Source: Candidatus Latescibacterota bacterium (lineage in GTDB: Bacteria; Latescibacterota; UBA2968; GCA-2709665). Taken from it: 64,000 bases of DNA. Made by a program: the position numbers and the translations under genes. The notes below the pieces were generated by a model. That model saw nothing but the letters and a program-made list of their open reading frames with translations. It searched no databases and was not told where the DNA came from. Shown here one piece after another: positions 31,246-39,529 of this stretch. Each line of letters starts with the position of its first letter. Position 1 is the first letter of the stretch. The stretch covers positions 4,416,001 through 4,480,000 of the forward strand of contig OZ241917.1 in the NCBI GenBank assembly GCA_965203805.1. Reading direction: 5' to 3'.

Positions 31246-33678
31246 ATGCGTCCGAACCGTATGAACACCGTCCTGAAAGGGTGCGGTGGTTGGGCGTTCG
31301 CAGCAGTCCTGGCGATATGCTGGTCCGGGCAGGTCTGGGGCCAGGCGAATCACCCGGGTTCCGCCGGCAGGGGCGCCCTGGAACGCGGAATGTTGTATAC
31401 GTCCGTGACCAATCTGGGCACGCAGGGAGGCTCCATCGGGGCGGCGCTCTCGCGGTCTTCCAGCATGGTCTACCCCGCGACGGTGGGCGGGGACATCATA
31501 ACGGGCCAGGGCTGGGCGAGCCAGCTGCCCTTCTTCCGCGTCGACTGCAACAGCGAGGGGCGAATCGAAGCCACGTCGCACGGGGAGGGCATTGGCCTGG
31601 CGCTGCGGCTGCCGTCCAGTTTCCAGGGCTCCAGAGCCTACGACAATTTCTCCAAGAACGGATTCTACGTGGTATTGACCGGCCCGCGGTCGGACATGCT
31701 GGACGAGATTGTCCCCATGGTGGGAGACCCCGCCATGGATGAGGACCTGCAGTACCTGGGCGGGGAAATCAGGGCGCAGCCCTCCTCCGCCGAGGATCCC
31801 GGCAGGGAGTGGCGTAAAGGCGCGCCGTGGTACTACGCGCCCACGTGGAGCGAGAACCTGGCGCAGATTCTGGAGAATGCGCCCCTGAACAGGGCCCCCG
31901 TGAGGATCAGCAACTGGGCATGGGGGGAATACGCGACGCCGGGGCCACCCGCCGCACCGTCTTCCCGTTCCGACGAATGGCCCGAAGAGATCATCGTGAC
32001 CAAGTGGACCACGCTGGCGGGAGTGACCTTTACACGGCGAACGATGGCCTGGAGCTACCCCGCCTGGGACGACTTCATCATTACGGAAATCGAGATTGAG
32101 AATACGGGCGACAGCGACGGCGACGGCGAAAGGGACCTGCCCGCGGTAAGGCTGGAGGACGTCTATGTTCCCATCATCGGCGCCTGGATGATCTCGGACT
32201 CGGGGCTCTCCCACTACAACCGGTCCGATAGCTGGCACTGGTACAACGTGGGCGGTCTCGACGACTGGATCGTGTATACGGAGAATGCCGGCTATTCGGG
32301 TCCCGCAAAGGGTCTGAAGATGATCGTGGACTGGGACGGCGACAGTCCGGAGTTCCCCTGGGACGATACCGGCGATCCCGTCAACAAGCTGATTATTTCG
32401 CCCTCTTGCGATACGGGCCGCAAGGACGGCGAATTCACCTCGTATCAGTATATGGGCTTCGGTCCGCTGGCGTACGAGGACGGCGGCGACTGGGGATTCA
32501 ATACCCGGGACGCCGGCAAGTACGTGCAGCCCCAGGGCGACCAGCCCCACGCCGTACGCTTCTGGCGGATCGAAAGCACCACCGTGTCCGCGGACCCCCG
32601 TCCCGGCGCGCACGACCGGGAGACCATGTACAATATGATCGCGGATGCCGGCTATCAGTCGAATCCGGACGAGATCGGCGTGCATTACAGCGCCCAGACC
32701 TTCGGTCCGTACTCACTGGCGCCCGGCGACAAGGCCAAGCTCGTGGTGGCCTGGGTGGGCGGATCGGGCGCAGGGGAGAGCGACCTCTACACCTGGACGC
32801 GGTCGCATCTTTACGACTTCGACGGGCTGAAGAAGGGCGAGGAATGGATGGTTGAGTTCTTCAAGCGCGCGAAGTGGGCCTATGACAACGAATACGATGT
32901 GCCGGATTCGCCGCCCGACGTGTACGTGGCGGTGACAAACAGCCCGGACGCGCAGAACCTGCTCACCTGGAATTCGGCCGACGGCGCAATGAACCCGGAT
33001 TATGTCGGCGCCGACGCGCAGGACGTGGCGGGTTATCGCATTTACCGGTCCGAATGGAACCCGGATGGGCCCTGGACGAGGATCGGCGAGGTTCCGGCCG
33101 GGACGCATACGTATACGGATGTCGAGTCGGTAGCCGGCTTCAACTACTGGTATTCGGTAAGGCCGTTCGCCAGGGGCCACGAAGACTGGATGGGGCGCGT
33201 GGGCACGATGGCCACCCTTCCCGCGCTGGTGCAGGCACAGGTAAAGGCCGGCCTGGAAGGCGGCCAATGGGCCAGGTCCCAGCGCAAGCCGCCGTTCTTC
33301 AGCCCGAAGCAGCCCGCTGTGAGCGAGACCGAGGCGTTGGGCAGAGAGGTTTTCGTGGTGCCGAACCCGTTCCGGGTTGGCGACGCCAATCTGCAATATC
33401 CGGGCAAACCGCAGATCCGGTTCGTGAACGTGCCGAGCAAGGCCTGGATCTACGTGTTCAACAGCGCGGGCGACATGGTCGGAAAGATCCTGCACGACGA
33501 TCGCACGGATGCGCCCGACGATCCCAACGTCTGGCTGGGCGAAGCGCAGTGGGACCAGCTGGCGATGTCGCTGGGCACAGGGTCCATATCGGCAGGCGTC
33601 TACTTCTTCGTGGTGGAATCTCTCGTCTCCGAAAGCATGGGGAAAAAGCGGATTGGGAAATTCATGGTCATCCGATAG
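31246..33678 (+). CDS. Secreted protein with FN3-like domain and T9SS type A-like C-terminal sorting domain
   Basis: Signal peptide; Ca-binding-type loop GDSDGDGERD; FN3-like LLTW..GYRIYRS..YTD..YWYSVRPF; CTD VFVVPNPF..IRFVNVP..IYVFNSAGDMV..AQWD..ISAGVYFFVVE..IGKFMVIR. Confidence 0.75.
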   Translation: MRPNRMNTVLKGCGGWAFAAVLAICWSGQVWGQANHPGSAGRGALERGMLYTSVTNLGTQGGSIGAALSRSSSMVYPATVGGDIITGQGWASQLPFFRVDCNSEGRIEATSHGEGIGLALRLPSSFQGSRAYDNFSKNGFYVVLTGPRSDMLDEIVPMVGDPAMDEDLQYLGGEIRAQPSSAEDPGREWRKGAPWYYAPTWSENLAQILENAPLNRAPVRISNWAWGEYATPGPPAAPSSRSDEWPEEIIVTKWTTLAGVTFTRRTMAWSYPAWDDFIITEIEIENTGDSDGDGERDLPAVRLEDVYVPIIGAWMISDSGLSHYNRSDSWHWYNVGGLDDWIVYTENAGYSGPAKGLKMIVDWDGDSPEFPWDDTGDPVNKLIISPSCDTGRKDGEFTSYQYMGFGPLAYEDGGDWGFNTRDAGKYVQPQGDQPHAVRFWRIESTTVSADPRPGAHDRETMYNMIADAGYQSNPDEIGVHYSAQTFGPYSLAPGDKAKLVVAWVGGSGAGESDLYTWTRSHLYDFDGLKKGEEWMVEFFKRAKWAYDNEYDVPDSPPDVYVAVTNSPDAQNLLTWNSADGAMNPDYVGADAQDVAGYRIYRSEWNPDGPWTRIGEVPAGTHTYTDVESVAGFNYWYSVRPFARGHEDWMGRVGTMATLPALVQAQVKAGLEGGQWARSQRKPPFFSPKQPAVSETEALGREVFVVPNPFRVGDANLQYPGKPQIRFVNVPSKAWIYVFNSAGDMVGKILHDDRTDAPDDPNVWLGEAQWDQLAMSLGTGSISAGVYFFVVESLVSESMGKKRIGKFMVIR

Positions 33679-33715
33679 CCGGCGTGCGGCAATTCCGGGA
33701 AGGAGCGATAAGCTT

Positions 33716-34696
33716 ATGAAGCGGATACTATGCATGACACTGATGACCGTTCTCGCGGCCGGCGCATTCTGGGATTCGCCCGCGGAAGCGCGGGACGTCC
33801 CCGAGATCCTGAAGTCCGAGGATTTCCGAAAACTGGGACTGGCGTCGTTTCCATGGATGAAAGTGACCCAGTCTGCACGCGCGGCGGGTATGGGAGATGC
33901 GTTTACGGCCGTGTCGAACGACATCAACGCGATTTTTGCCAACCCGGCCGGCCTGGTCCACCTGAAGCGGTTCGGGTACCAGCTTTCCCACACCCGGTGG
34001 CTGGTGGACACCGGATTCTATACCGGCGCATTCGCATACAGGACGGGCTGGGGCGTGCTGGGCGTCAGTGTCGTGAACTACGACGTGGGCGATATGCCGG
34101 TGCGGACCATATTCAACCCCGAGGGAACGGGGGAAATGATCAAGGGCGGGGGAACGTCCGTCGGCGTGGCGTACGCGTTTCACGCGACCGACAAGCTGGG
34201 CCTGGGCATCCGGGGGGTGTATATTTCGGAGACCCTGCACGTGGACAATATGACCTCCGTTGTTCTCGACGCCGGGACCCACTTTTATACCGGTTTTCGC
34301 AGTTCACGTATCGCCCTGGCCATGCGGAACTTCGGGCCGGATACCAAGGTGCTGGCGGAAGACCAGAAATTCCTGATGCCGATGAATTTCGATATCGGCG
34401 TGGCGATGGAGCTCGTCGGCCAGATGGACGAACCGAATTATCTGACCGTCTCGTTCGGCAGTTCCTATCAGGTCGACTACGAGCAGCGATGGCAGGTCGG
34501 CGCGGAGCTCTGGCTGTCGGGCGCCGTTGCTCTCCGGACCGGGTACAAGTTCAACCACGACCTGGAAACGTACAGTTTCGGCGCGGGCTTCAAGGGCAAC
34601 TGGGGCGACCGGACGGTGCTGGTTGACGTCGCCTATACCGACGTCGGCGAGTTGCTGGACTCGCCGATCCGGTTCAGCATCGGCGGTGCATTCTAG
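33716..34696 (+). CDS. PorV/PorQ family outer-membrane beta-barrel
   Basis: Signal peptide; KLGLASFPWMKVTQSARAAGMGDAFTAVSND.NAIFANPAGL; ALAMRNFG; ALRTGYK; ends IRFSIGGAF; start follows AAGGAG. Confidence 0.85.
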   Translation: MKRILCMTLMTVLAAGAFWDSPAEARDVPEILKSEDFRKLGLASFPWMKVTQSARAAGMGDAFTAVSNDINAIFANPAGLVHLKRFGYQLSHTRWLVDTGFYTGAFAYRTGWGVLGVSVVNYDVGDMPVRTIFNPEGTGEMIKGGGTSVGVAYAFHATDKLGLGIRGVYISETLHVDNMTSVVLDAGTHFYTGFRSSRIALAMRNFGPDTKVLAEDQKFLMPMNFDIGVAMELVGQMDEPNYLTVSFGSSYQVDYEQRWQVGAELWLSGAVALRTGYKFNHDLETYSFGAGFKGNWGDRTVLVDVAYTDVGELLDSPIRFSIGGAF

Positions 34697-34896
34697 TACC
34701 GGGCGCCGGGGCGGCCCCTGTTGGGGGCCACTCGACGTAAACAGCGCTAACGGCGGCGCAATGTGTCTCCGGCCGGGTCGGCGGGAAGGGGCATTGGCCG
34801 CCGTTTTGTTATCGAAACAGGGGCTGGCAGAGGAAGAGGCGGGGGCGGTTAGGGATCGACCGGGGGTCCATGGCATCAACCCGGCGCGGGGTGGTC

Positions 34897-35784
34897 ATGC
34901 GTGCCATCAGATTCTTGAACATATGTCTTGTTTGGTGGAGCGTTGCGGCTTGCGGCGGGGCGGATGAGCCGCCGACCAGCGCGGTGGAGGAACTCGACCC
35001 GAGTGTGGACAGGCCCCTTCCCGTGGGCCTGGTGAGGCTTTTCGGCGGCGTTGAGATGGTTCGGGTGCCCGCCGGCAATTTCACCATGGGCATGGAAAGG
35101 GGGCCTGCCGATCAGCAGCCGGCCCGGCAGGTGTACCTGAGCGCATTCTACATCGACCGGTATGAAGCGACCAATGCCCGGTATTTCAGGTTCTGGGCGG
35201 CTCCCGACGGCGGCAACCGGCAGCGGCATACGCCCGCCAGCCACGGATCCAGGAACGGCATCGGAGACTGGCCGGAACGGGCGGAAACCCGGCCGAACTT
35301 TCCGGTCGTGGGGATCAACTGGTTCGACGCGGCCGCGTACTGCGCCTGGCGTGGGGCCAGGCTGCCTACCGAGGCGGAGTGGGAGAAGACCGCGCGCGGC
35401 GACGAGGCGAGAGAGCCGTATCCCTGGAACAAGGGACTGAATGGATCCAGGGCGAATTACAGGGACGGCGACGACGGGTACGACAATACCCTGGCCCCGG
35501 TGGGAAACTATCCCGAGGGCGTCAGCTTTTACGGGGCGATGGACCTGGTGGGGAACGTCTGGGAGTGGTGCGCGGACTACTACGATTCCGAATACTACAA
35601 AGTGAGCGCCACCATCGGCCCCACGGGCCCGGAGCAGGGCGAGTTTCGCGTACTTCGGGGCGGGTCCTGGCGCACGGCCGCGGGACAGGACCCGAACAAG
35701 CTCAGCATCACGTACCGGAGCTGGTCGGATCCCTGGGGAGCCACCGACGGATGGGGCGTCCGGTGCGCGAGGGACGTAAACTGA
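34897..35784 (+). CDS. FGE-sulfatase (SUMF1/EgtB/PvdO) fold lipoprotein, non-catalytic type
   Basis: Lipobox VAAC; VPAGNFTMG, FYIDRYEATN, PVVGINW, RLPTEAEWEKTARG, DLVGNVWEW, VLRGGSW, GVRCA. Confidence 0.88.
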   Translation: MRAIRFLNICLVWWSVAACGGADEPPTSAVEELDPSVDRPLPVGLVRLFGGVEMVRVPAGNFTMGMERGPADQQPARQVYLSAFYIDRYEATNARYFRFWAAPDGGNRQRHTPASHGSRNGIGDWPERAETRPNFPVVGINWFDAAAYCAWRGARLPTEAEWEKTARGDEAREPYPWNKGLNGSRANYRDGDDGYDNTLAPVGNYPEGVSFYGAMDLVGNVWEWCADYYDSEYYKVSATIGPTGPEQGEFRVLRGGSWRTAAGQDPNKLSITYRSWSDPWGATDGWGVRCARDVN

Positions 35785-35786
35785 AC

Positions 35787-36644
35787 ATGGTCGGCTGGAG
35801 GTGGCGTCGGGCGGCCGGGGTCTTCTGCCTGTTGTGTTGCGGATGCAATGGCGGGTCCCTCGTGGACGACCTCCCCGACGGGGTCTTCCTCGACCGCACG
35901 CCGGCGGGGACCGTGGACACGATGCTGGCGGTAACCGCAGGCGACTTTCTGATGGGAACGAACCGGGGATTCGACCCCGAGGGCCCCGCGCACGTCGTCT
36001 ATCTCAGTGCCTTTTACATTGACAAATACGAGGTGACCAACGCTCAATTCCGTGCGTATGCGCGCATTACGGGGGCGTCGTTGCCGCCGGAAAACCTGAA
36101 TCCGCTATTCTCCGAAGACCGCCAGCCGGTTGTGGGGGTGACGTGGACGGAAGCGGAGGCCTACTGCCATTGGCGGGGTGGACGTCTGCCCACCGAGGCG
36201 CAGTGGGAGAAAGCGGCCCGGGGGACCGACGGACGCACGTACCCGTGGGGCGAAGAAGCGCCCGGTGGGGACTTCGCAATCATGGACCTGGGCGGAAGGT
36301 GCGGGCGCACCAACTGGGCCGATCCTTCGGCGGGTCCGGTGCCCGGGGAATTCTGTCATACCATGCCCGTGGGTTCCAGGCCCAGAGGCGCGAGCCCGTA
36401 CGGGTTGCTGGACATGGCGGGCAATGCCTGGGAGTGGTGCAACGACTGGTACGACGATACTTACTACGGTCGAAGTCCGGGTGAGGATCCATCCGGCCCG
36501 GCGTCCGGGACGTTCCGTGTGGTCAGAGGCAGTTCCTGGCATCACCTGCCCCATTATCTGAAGACGTCGGCACGGTTCCGTTTTTATCCCGACCAGAGGG
36601 GCAATTTCATTGGTTTTCGCTGTGTTCGGGGCGTACATCAATAG
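35787..36644 (+). CDS. Second FGE-sulfatase fold protein, probable lipoprotein
   Basis: LLCCGC; AGDFLMG, FYIDKYEVTN, PVVGVTW, RLPTEAQWEKAARG, DMAGNAWEW, VVRGSSW, IGFRCV; ATG 2 nt after the previous stop. Confidence 0.88.
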   Translation: MVGWRWRRAAGVFCLLCCGCNGGSLVDDLPDGVFLDRTPAGTVDTMLAVTAGDFLMGTNRGFDPEGPAHVVYLSAFYIDKYEVTNAQFRAYARITGASLPPENLNPLFSEDRQPVVGVTWTEAEAYCHWRGGRLPTEAQWEKAARGTDGRTYPWGEEAPGGDFAIMDLGGRCGRTNWADPSAGPVPGEFCHTMPVGSRPRGASPYGLLDMAGNAWEWCNDWYDDTYYGRSPGEDPSGPASGTFRVVRGSSWHHLPHYLKTSARFRFYPDQRGNFIGFRCVRGVHQ

Positions 36645-36672
36645 CCTGTGCAGGGGCGTCGGAGGCCGGGGG

Positions 36673-37785
36673 TTGTGCGTGTTCGCGGTCTTCGTGTCGA
36701 CGGCGCAGCCGCTGTGCGCCGGCACCGAAAAGGCCACCCTGGACGACAGCGTCGCGATCAGGTTGTACCCGGCGATCGGCGTGGCCCATTCGACGTTGAC
36801 GAGATCCGGGGCGGGTGCGACACAGGGCGCGTTTCCCCTGTTCGCCGAAGCCGCCGGACTTCTGGCCGGAAGCCGGGATGAGAACGGAGCGGGATGGAAC
36901 CTGACGCGGGAGACGATAGACCTGTCGGTCACGCGCCTGCGTAAGGCCCTGGCGGAGGCGCCGGGATTCGCCGCCGCACACTACCTGCTGGGCCTGTTGG
37001 AGGCGCGGCGACGCCGGTACGGGGAGGCGATGGCCGCCTGGCGGCGGGCCGCGCAGGTGGGGCCCCCGTTTTCGGTCGATCCTATGAAAGCGCTGTTCCT
37101 GCGAACGGTGTCCCGTTCTCAGACCGCCGCGGCGAAGGTTGCGAGGGGCACGCAGTATCTGGATCGGGGGAAAGTTCAGGAGGCCGGCGCAGCCTACGGG
37201 GGCGCCGCCGCGATGATGCCGGACTATGCCGAGGCCCATGCGAACCTGGGCCTTGTCCATATGCTCTTGGGGGATCTCGATGGAGCCGTTTCCCGCCAAC
37301 TCGAAGCCATTCGGCTGAACCCCGGTCTCGCTGAGGCGTTTTATAACCTGGGCAATGCGTATTCCCGGCTGGGACGGTACGCGGAGGCGGTGCCGGCGTT
37401 CCGGGAGGCCATCCGGTTGAAGCCGGAAAGCGCGCCGCCCGATTCCGTCGTGTCGAATGTCGACGCGCATCAGGGGGCGTATACCCGGTCGGTGGCCGGG
37501 TACCAGCATGCCAGGCGCTACGCCGGTCTGGCGAACGCGTATTTCAATCTCGGCGACGATAAAGCGGCGATTGAGGCGTACATCCGCGCGGTCGGCCTCG
37601 CGCCGGACTTTGCCGACGGGCATTACAATCTTGGCGTCGTCTACGAACGGACGGGAGACGTGGCAAGCGCTATCCGCCACTGGCGGGAATATATGAGACT
37701 CGCCCGAAACGATCCGGCGCAACAGGCATGGGTTGCGGACGCCAGGACGAGACTGGATCGGCTGGAGAATTCGCGAAAAAAGTGA
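36673..37785 (+). CDS. Tetratricopeptide repeat protein
   Basis: TPR motifs AEAHANLG, AEAFYNLGNAY, ANAYFNLG, ADGHYNLGVVY; TTG start chosen after GGAGG (uncertain). Confidence 0.85.
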   Translation: MCVFAVFVSTAQPLCAGTEKATLDDSVAIRLYPAIGVAHSTLTRSGAGATQGAFPLFAEAAGLLAGSRDENGAGWNLTRETIDLSVTRLRKALAEAPGFAAAHYLLGLLEARRRRYGEAMAAWRRAAQVGPPFSVDPMKALFLRTVSRSQTAAAKVARGTQYLDRGKVQEAGAAYGGAAAMMPDYAEAHANLGLVHMLLGDLDGAVSRQLEAIRLNPGLAEAFYNLGNAYSRLGRYAEAVPAFREAIRLKPESAPPDSVVSNVDAHQGAYTRSVAGYQHARRYAGLANAYFNLGDDKAAIEAYIRAVGLAPDFADGHYNLGVVYERTGDVASAIRHWREYMRLARNDPAQQAWVADARTRLDRLENSRKK

Positions 37786-39515
37786 GACGCTCCGGGATCA
37801 TATGGGTTGTTTTCGCGTTCCTGACGTGCGTGGAGGGAGAGTGCCTCGCCCAGGGTGTGATCTTCAAGGATGTGACCCGGTCCGCCGGGATCCGGTTCAG
37901 GCACGACAACGGCGGTTCCGGCAGGGAATATATGCCGGAAACGATGGGTTCCGGATGCGCGTTCTGGGACTATGACGGGGATGGGGATGCGGATATTCTC
38001 CTGATCAACTGCAGCCCGCTTCAGGAGCGCGGACCCGAACCGCCATCCACAATGGCGCTCTACAGGAATGACGGAGAAGGGCGCTTTTCGGACGTTACGG
38101 CCCGGGCGGGGCTCGATCGCCCCATGTACGGGATGGGCTGCGCGGCAGGGGATTACGACAACGACGGAGACAGCGACCTCTACGTGGCCAGCCTGGGCGC
38201 GAACCGGCTCTTCCGGAATCGGGGCGACGGGAGGTTCGAGGACGTCACGGGGCAGATGGGGGTGGGAGATTCGACGTGGAGCGTGTGCGCGGTCTGGCTG
38301 GACTACGATCGGGACGGCGACCTGGACCTGTTCGTGGGAAACTATCTGCAATGGTCGGCGGCAAGGGATGACTGGCTTTCGGAGCGTTCCAACGCGCGGT
38401 CTTACGCCCCGCAGCTGTACGATCCCGAGTATTCGCGGCTCTACCGCAACGACGGAGACCGTTTCAAGGACGTCACGAACGCATCCGGAATCGGCGCAAA
38501 GCCGGGAAAGGGCATGTCCGCGATTGCCCTGGATTACAATGGCGACGGATGGTCCGACATCCTGATGTCCAACGACACGATGCCGGACTATCTGTACCGC
38601 AACAACGGGGACGGCACCTTTACGGAGGACGGGCTTCTGGCCGGCGTGGCGTACAGCGCTGCCGGAGAGGCGAAATCGGGGATGGGGGTCGACGCCGGAG
38701 ATCTGCGCAATACCGGCCGGGAGGACGTGGCCATTGGGAATTTCGCCTTCGAGATGATATCGCTGTTCGGGAACCAGGATGGCGCGTACTTCACGGATAA
38801 GACCCTGCCTTCGGGCGTGGGACACCCCAGCGCGCCTTTCGTCACCTTCGGAGTTTTCTTTTTCGACTACGATCTGGACGGCCACCTGGATCTTTTCGCG
38901 GCAAACGGGCACGTTGACAGCCGGATTCACCGGGCCAAATCGCATCTCAGCTATGCCCAGCGCCCGTTACTTTACAGGAACAGGGGCGGCGGCAGTTTCG
39001 ACGAAGTGGGGGGGACGAGCGGCGATCTGTCGCATCCGATGGTGGGGCGCGGCGCCGCGTATGCCGACTATGACGGAGACGGCGATCTGGACGTGCTCGT
39101 TTCCGCCAACAACGGCCGTCCAGCGCTACTGCGCAACGAAGGCGGCACCCGGAACCGCTGCCTGAGGGTCAGGCTGATCGGCGGCGGTGCTTCCGCCGGC
39201 CCCCGGCTTCGGAAGCCGCCCGGAGAACAGTCGTGGTCCAACCGTGACGGGATCGGCGCGAGGGTGCGCGTAAGGTCGACGGACTCCGTGCAGACACGGT
39301 CCGTAAGGGCGGGGTCCAGCTACTGTTCGCAAAGTGAGCGAATATTGACGTTCGGGCTGGCGGCCGCGGGGTCCGCCGATGAAGTCGAGGTGGTCTGGCC
39401 TTCCGGTCGTGTAGAACGAATCGACAATGTTCCAGCAGGGCAGACGGTGACCGTTCGGGAGGGGCGGGGAATCGTTGCCAGAACGCCGCTGAGAGCCGTA
39501 CCCGCGGCGGATTGA
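37782..39515 (+). CDS. CRTAC1/ASPIC-UnbV family protein with FG-GAP repeats
   Basis: FKDVTRSAGI, ETMGSG, repeated DYDGDGDxD / DYDNDGD, NRDGIGARV, SSYCSQSE..LTFGL, VVWPSG; GTGA start/stop overlap with the TPR gene. Confidence 0.92.
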   Translation: MRRSGIIWVVFAFLTCVEGECLAQGVIFKDVTRSAGIRFRHDNGGSGREYMPETMGSGCAFWDYDGDGDADILLINCSPLQERGPEPPSTMALYRNDGEGRFSDVTARAGLDRPMYGMGCAAGDYDNDGDSDLYVASLGANRLFRNRGDGRFEDVTGQMGVGDSTWSVCAVWLDYDRDGDLDLFVGNYLQWSAARDDWLSERSNARSYAPQLYDPEYSRLYRNDGDRFKDVTNASGIGAKPGKGMSAIALDYNGDGWSDILMSNDTMPDYLYRNNGDGTFTEDGLLAGVAYSAAGEAKSGMGVDAGDLRNTGREDVAIGNFAFEMISLFGNQDGAYFTDKTLPSGVGHPSAPFVTFGVFFFDYDLDGHLDLFAANGHVDSRIHRAKSHLSYAQRPLLYRNRGGGSFDEVGGTSGDLSHPMVGRGAAYADYDGDGDLDVLVSANNGRPALLRNEGGTRNRCLRVRLIGGGASAGPRLRKPPGEQSWSNRDGIGARVRVRSTDSVQTRSVRAGSSYCSQSERILTFGLAAAGSADEVEVVWPSGRVERIDNVPAGQTVTVREGRGIVARTPLRAVPAAD

Positions 39516-39529
39516 GAAAAGGGCATATC

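Noticed and set aside
34897-36644. FGE/CLec-fold pair as diversity-generating retroelement targets
   Set aside because: No reverse transcriptase in the window and no template repeat differing only at adenines; the two 3' ends are broadly divergent.
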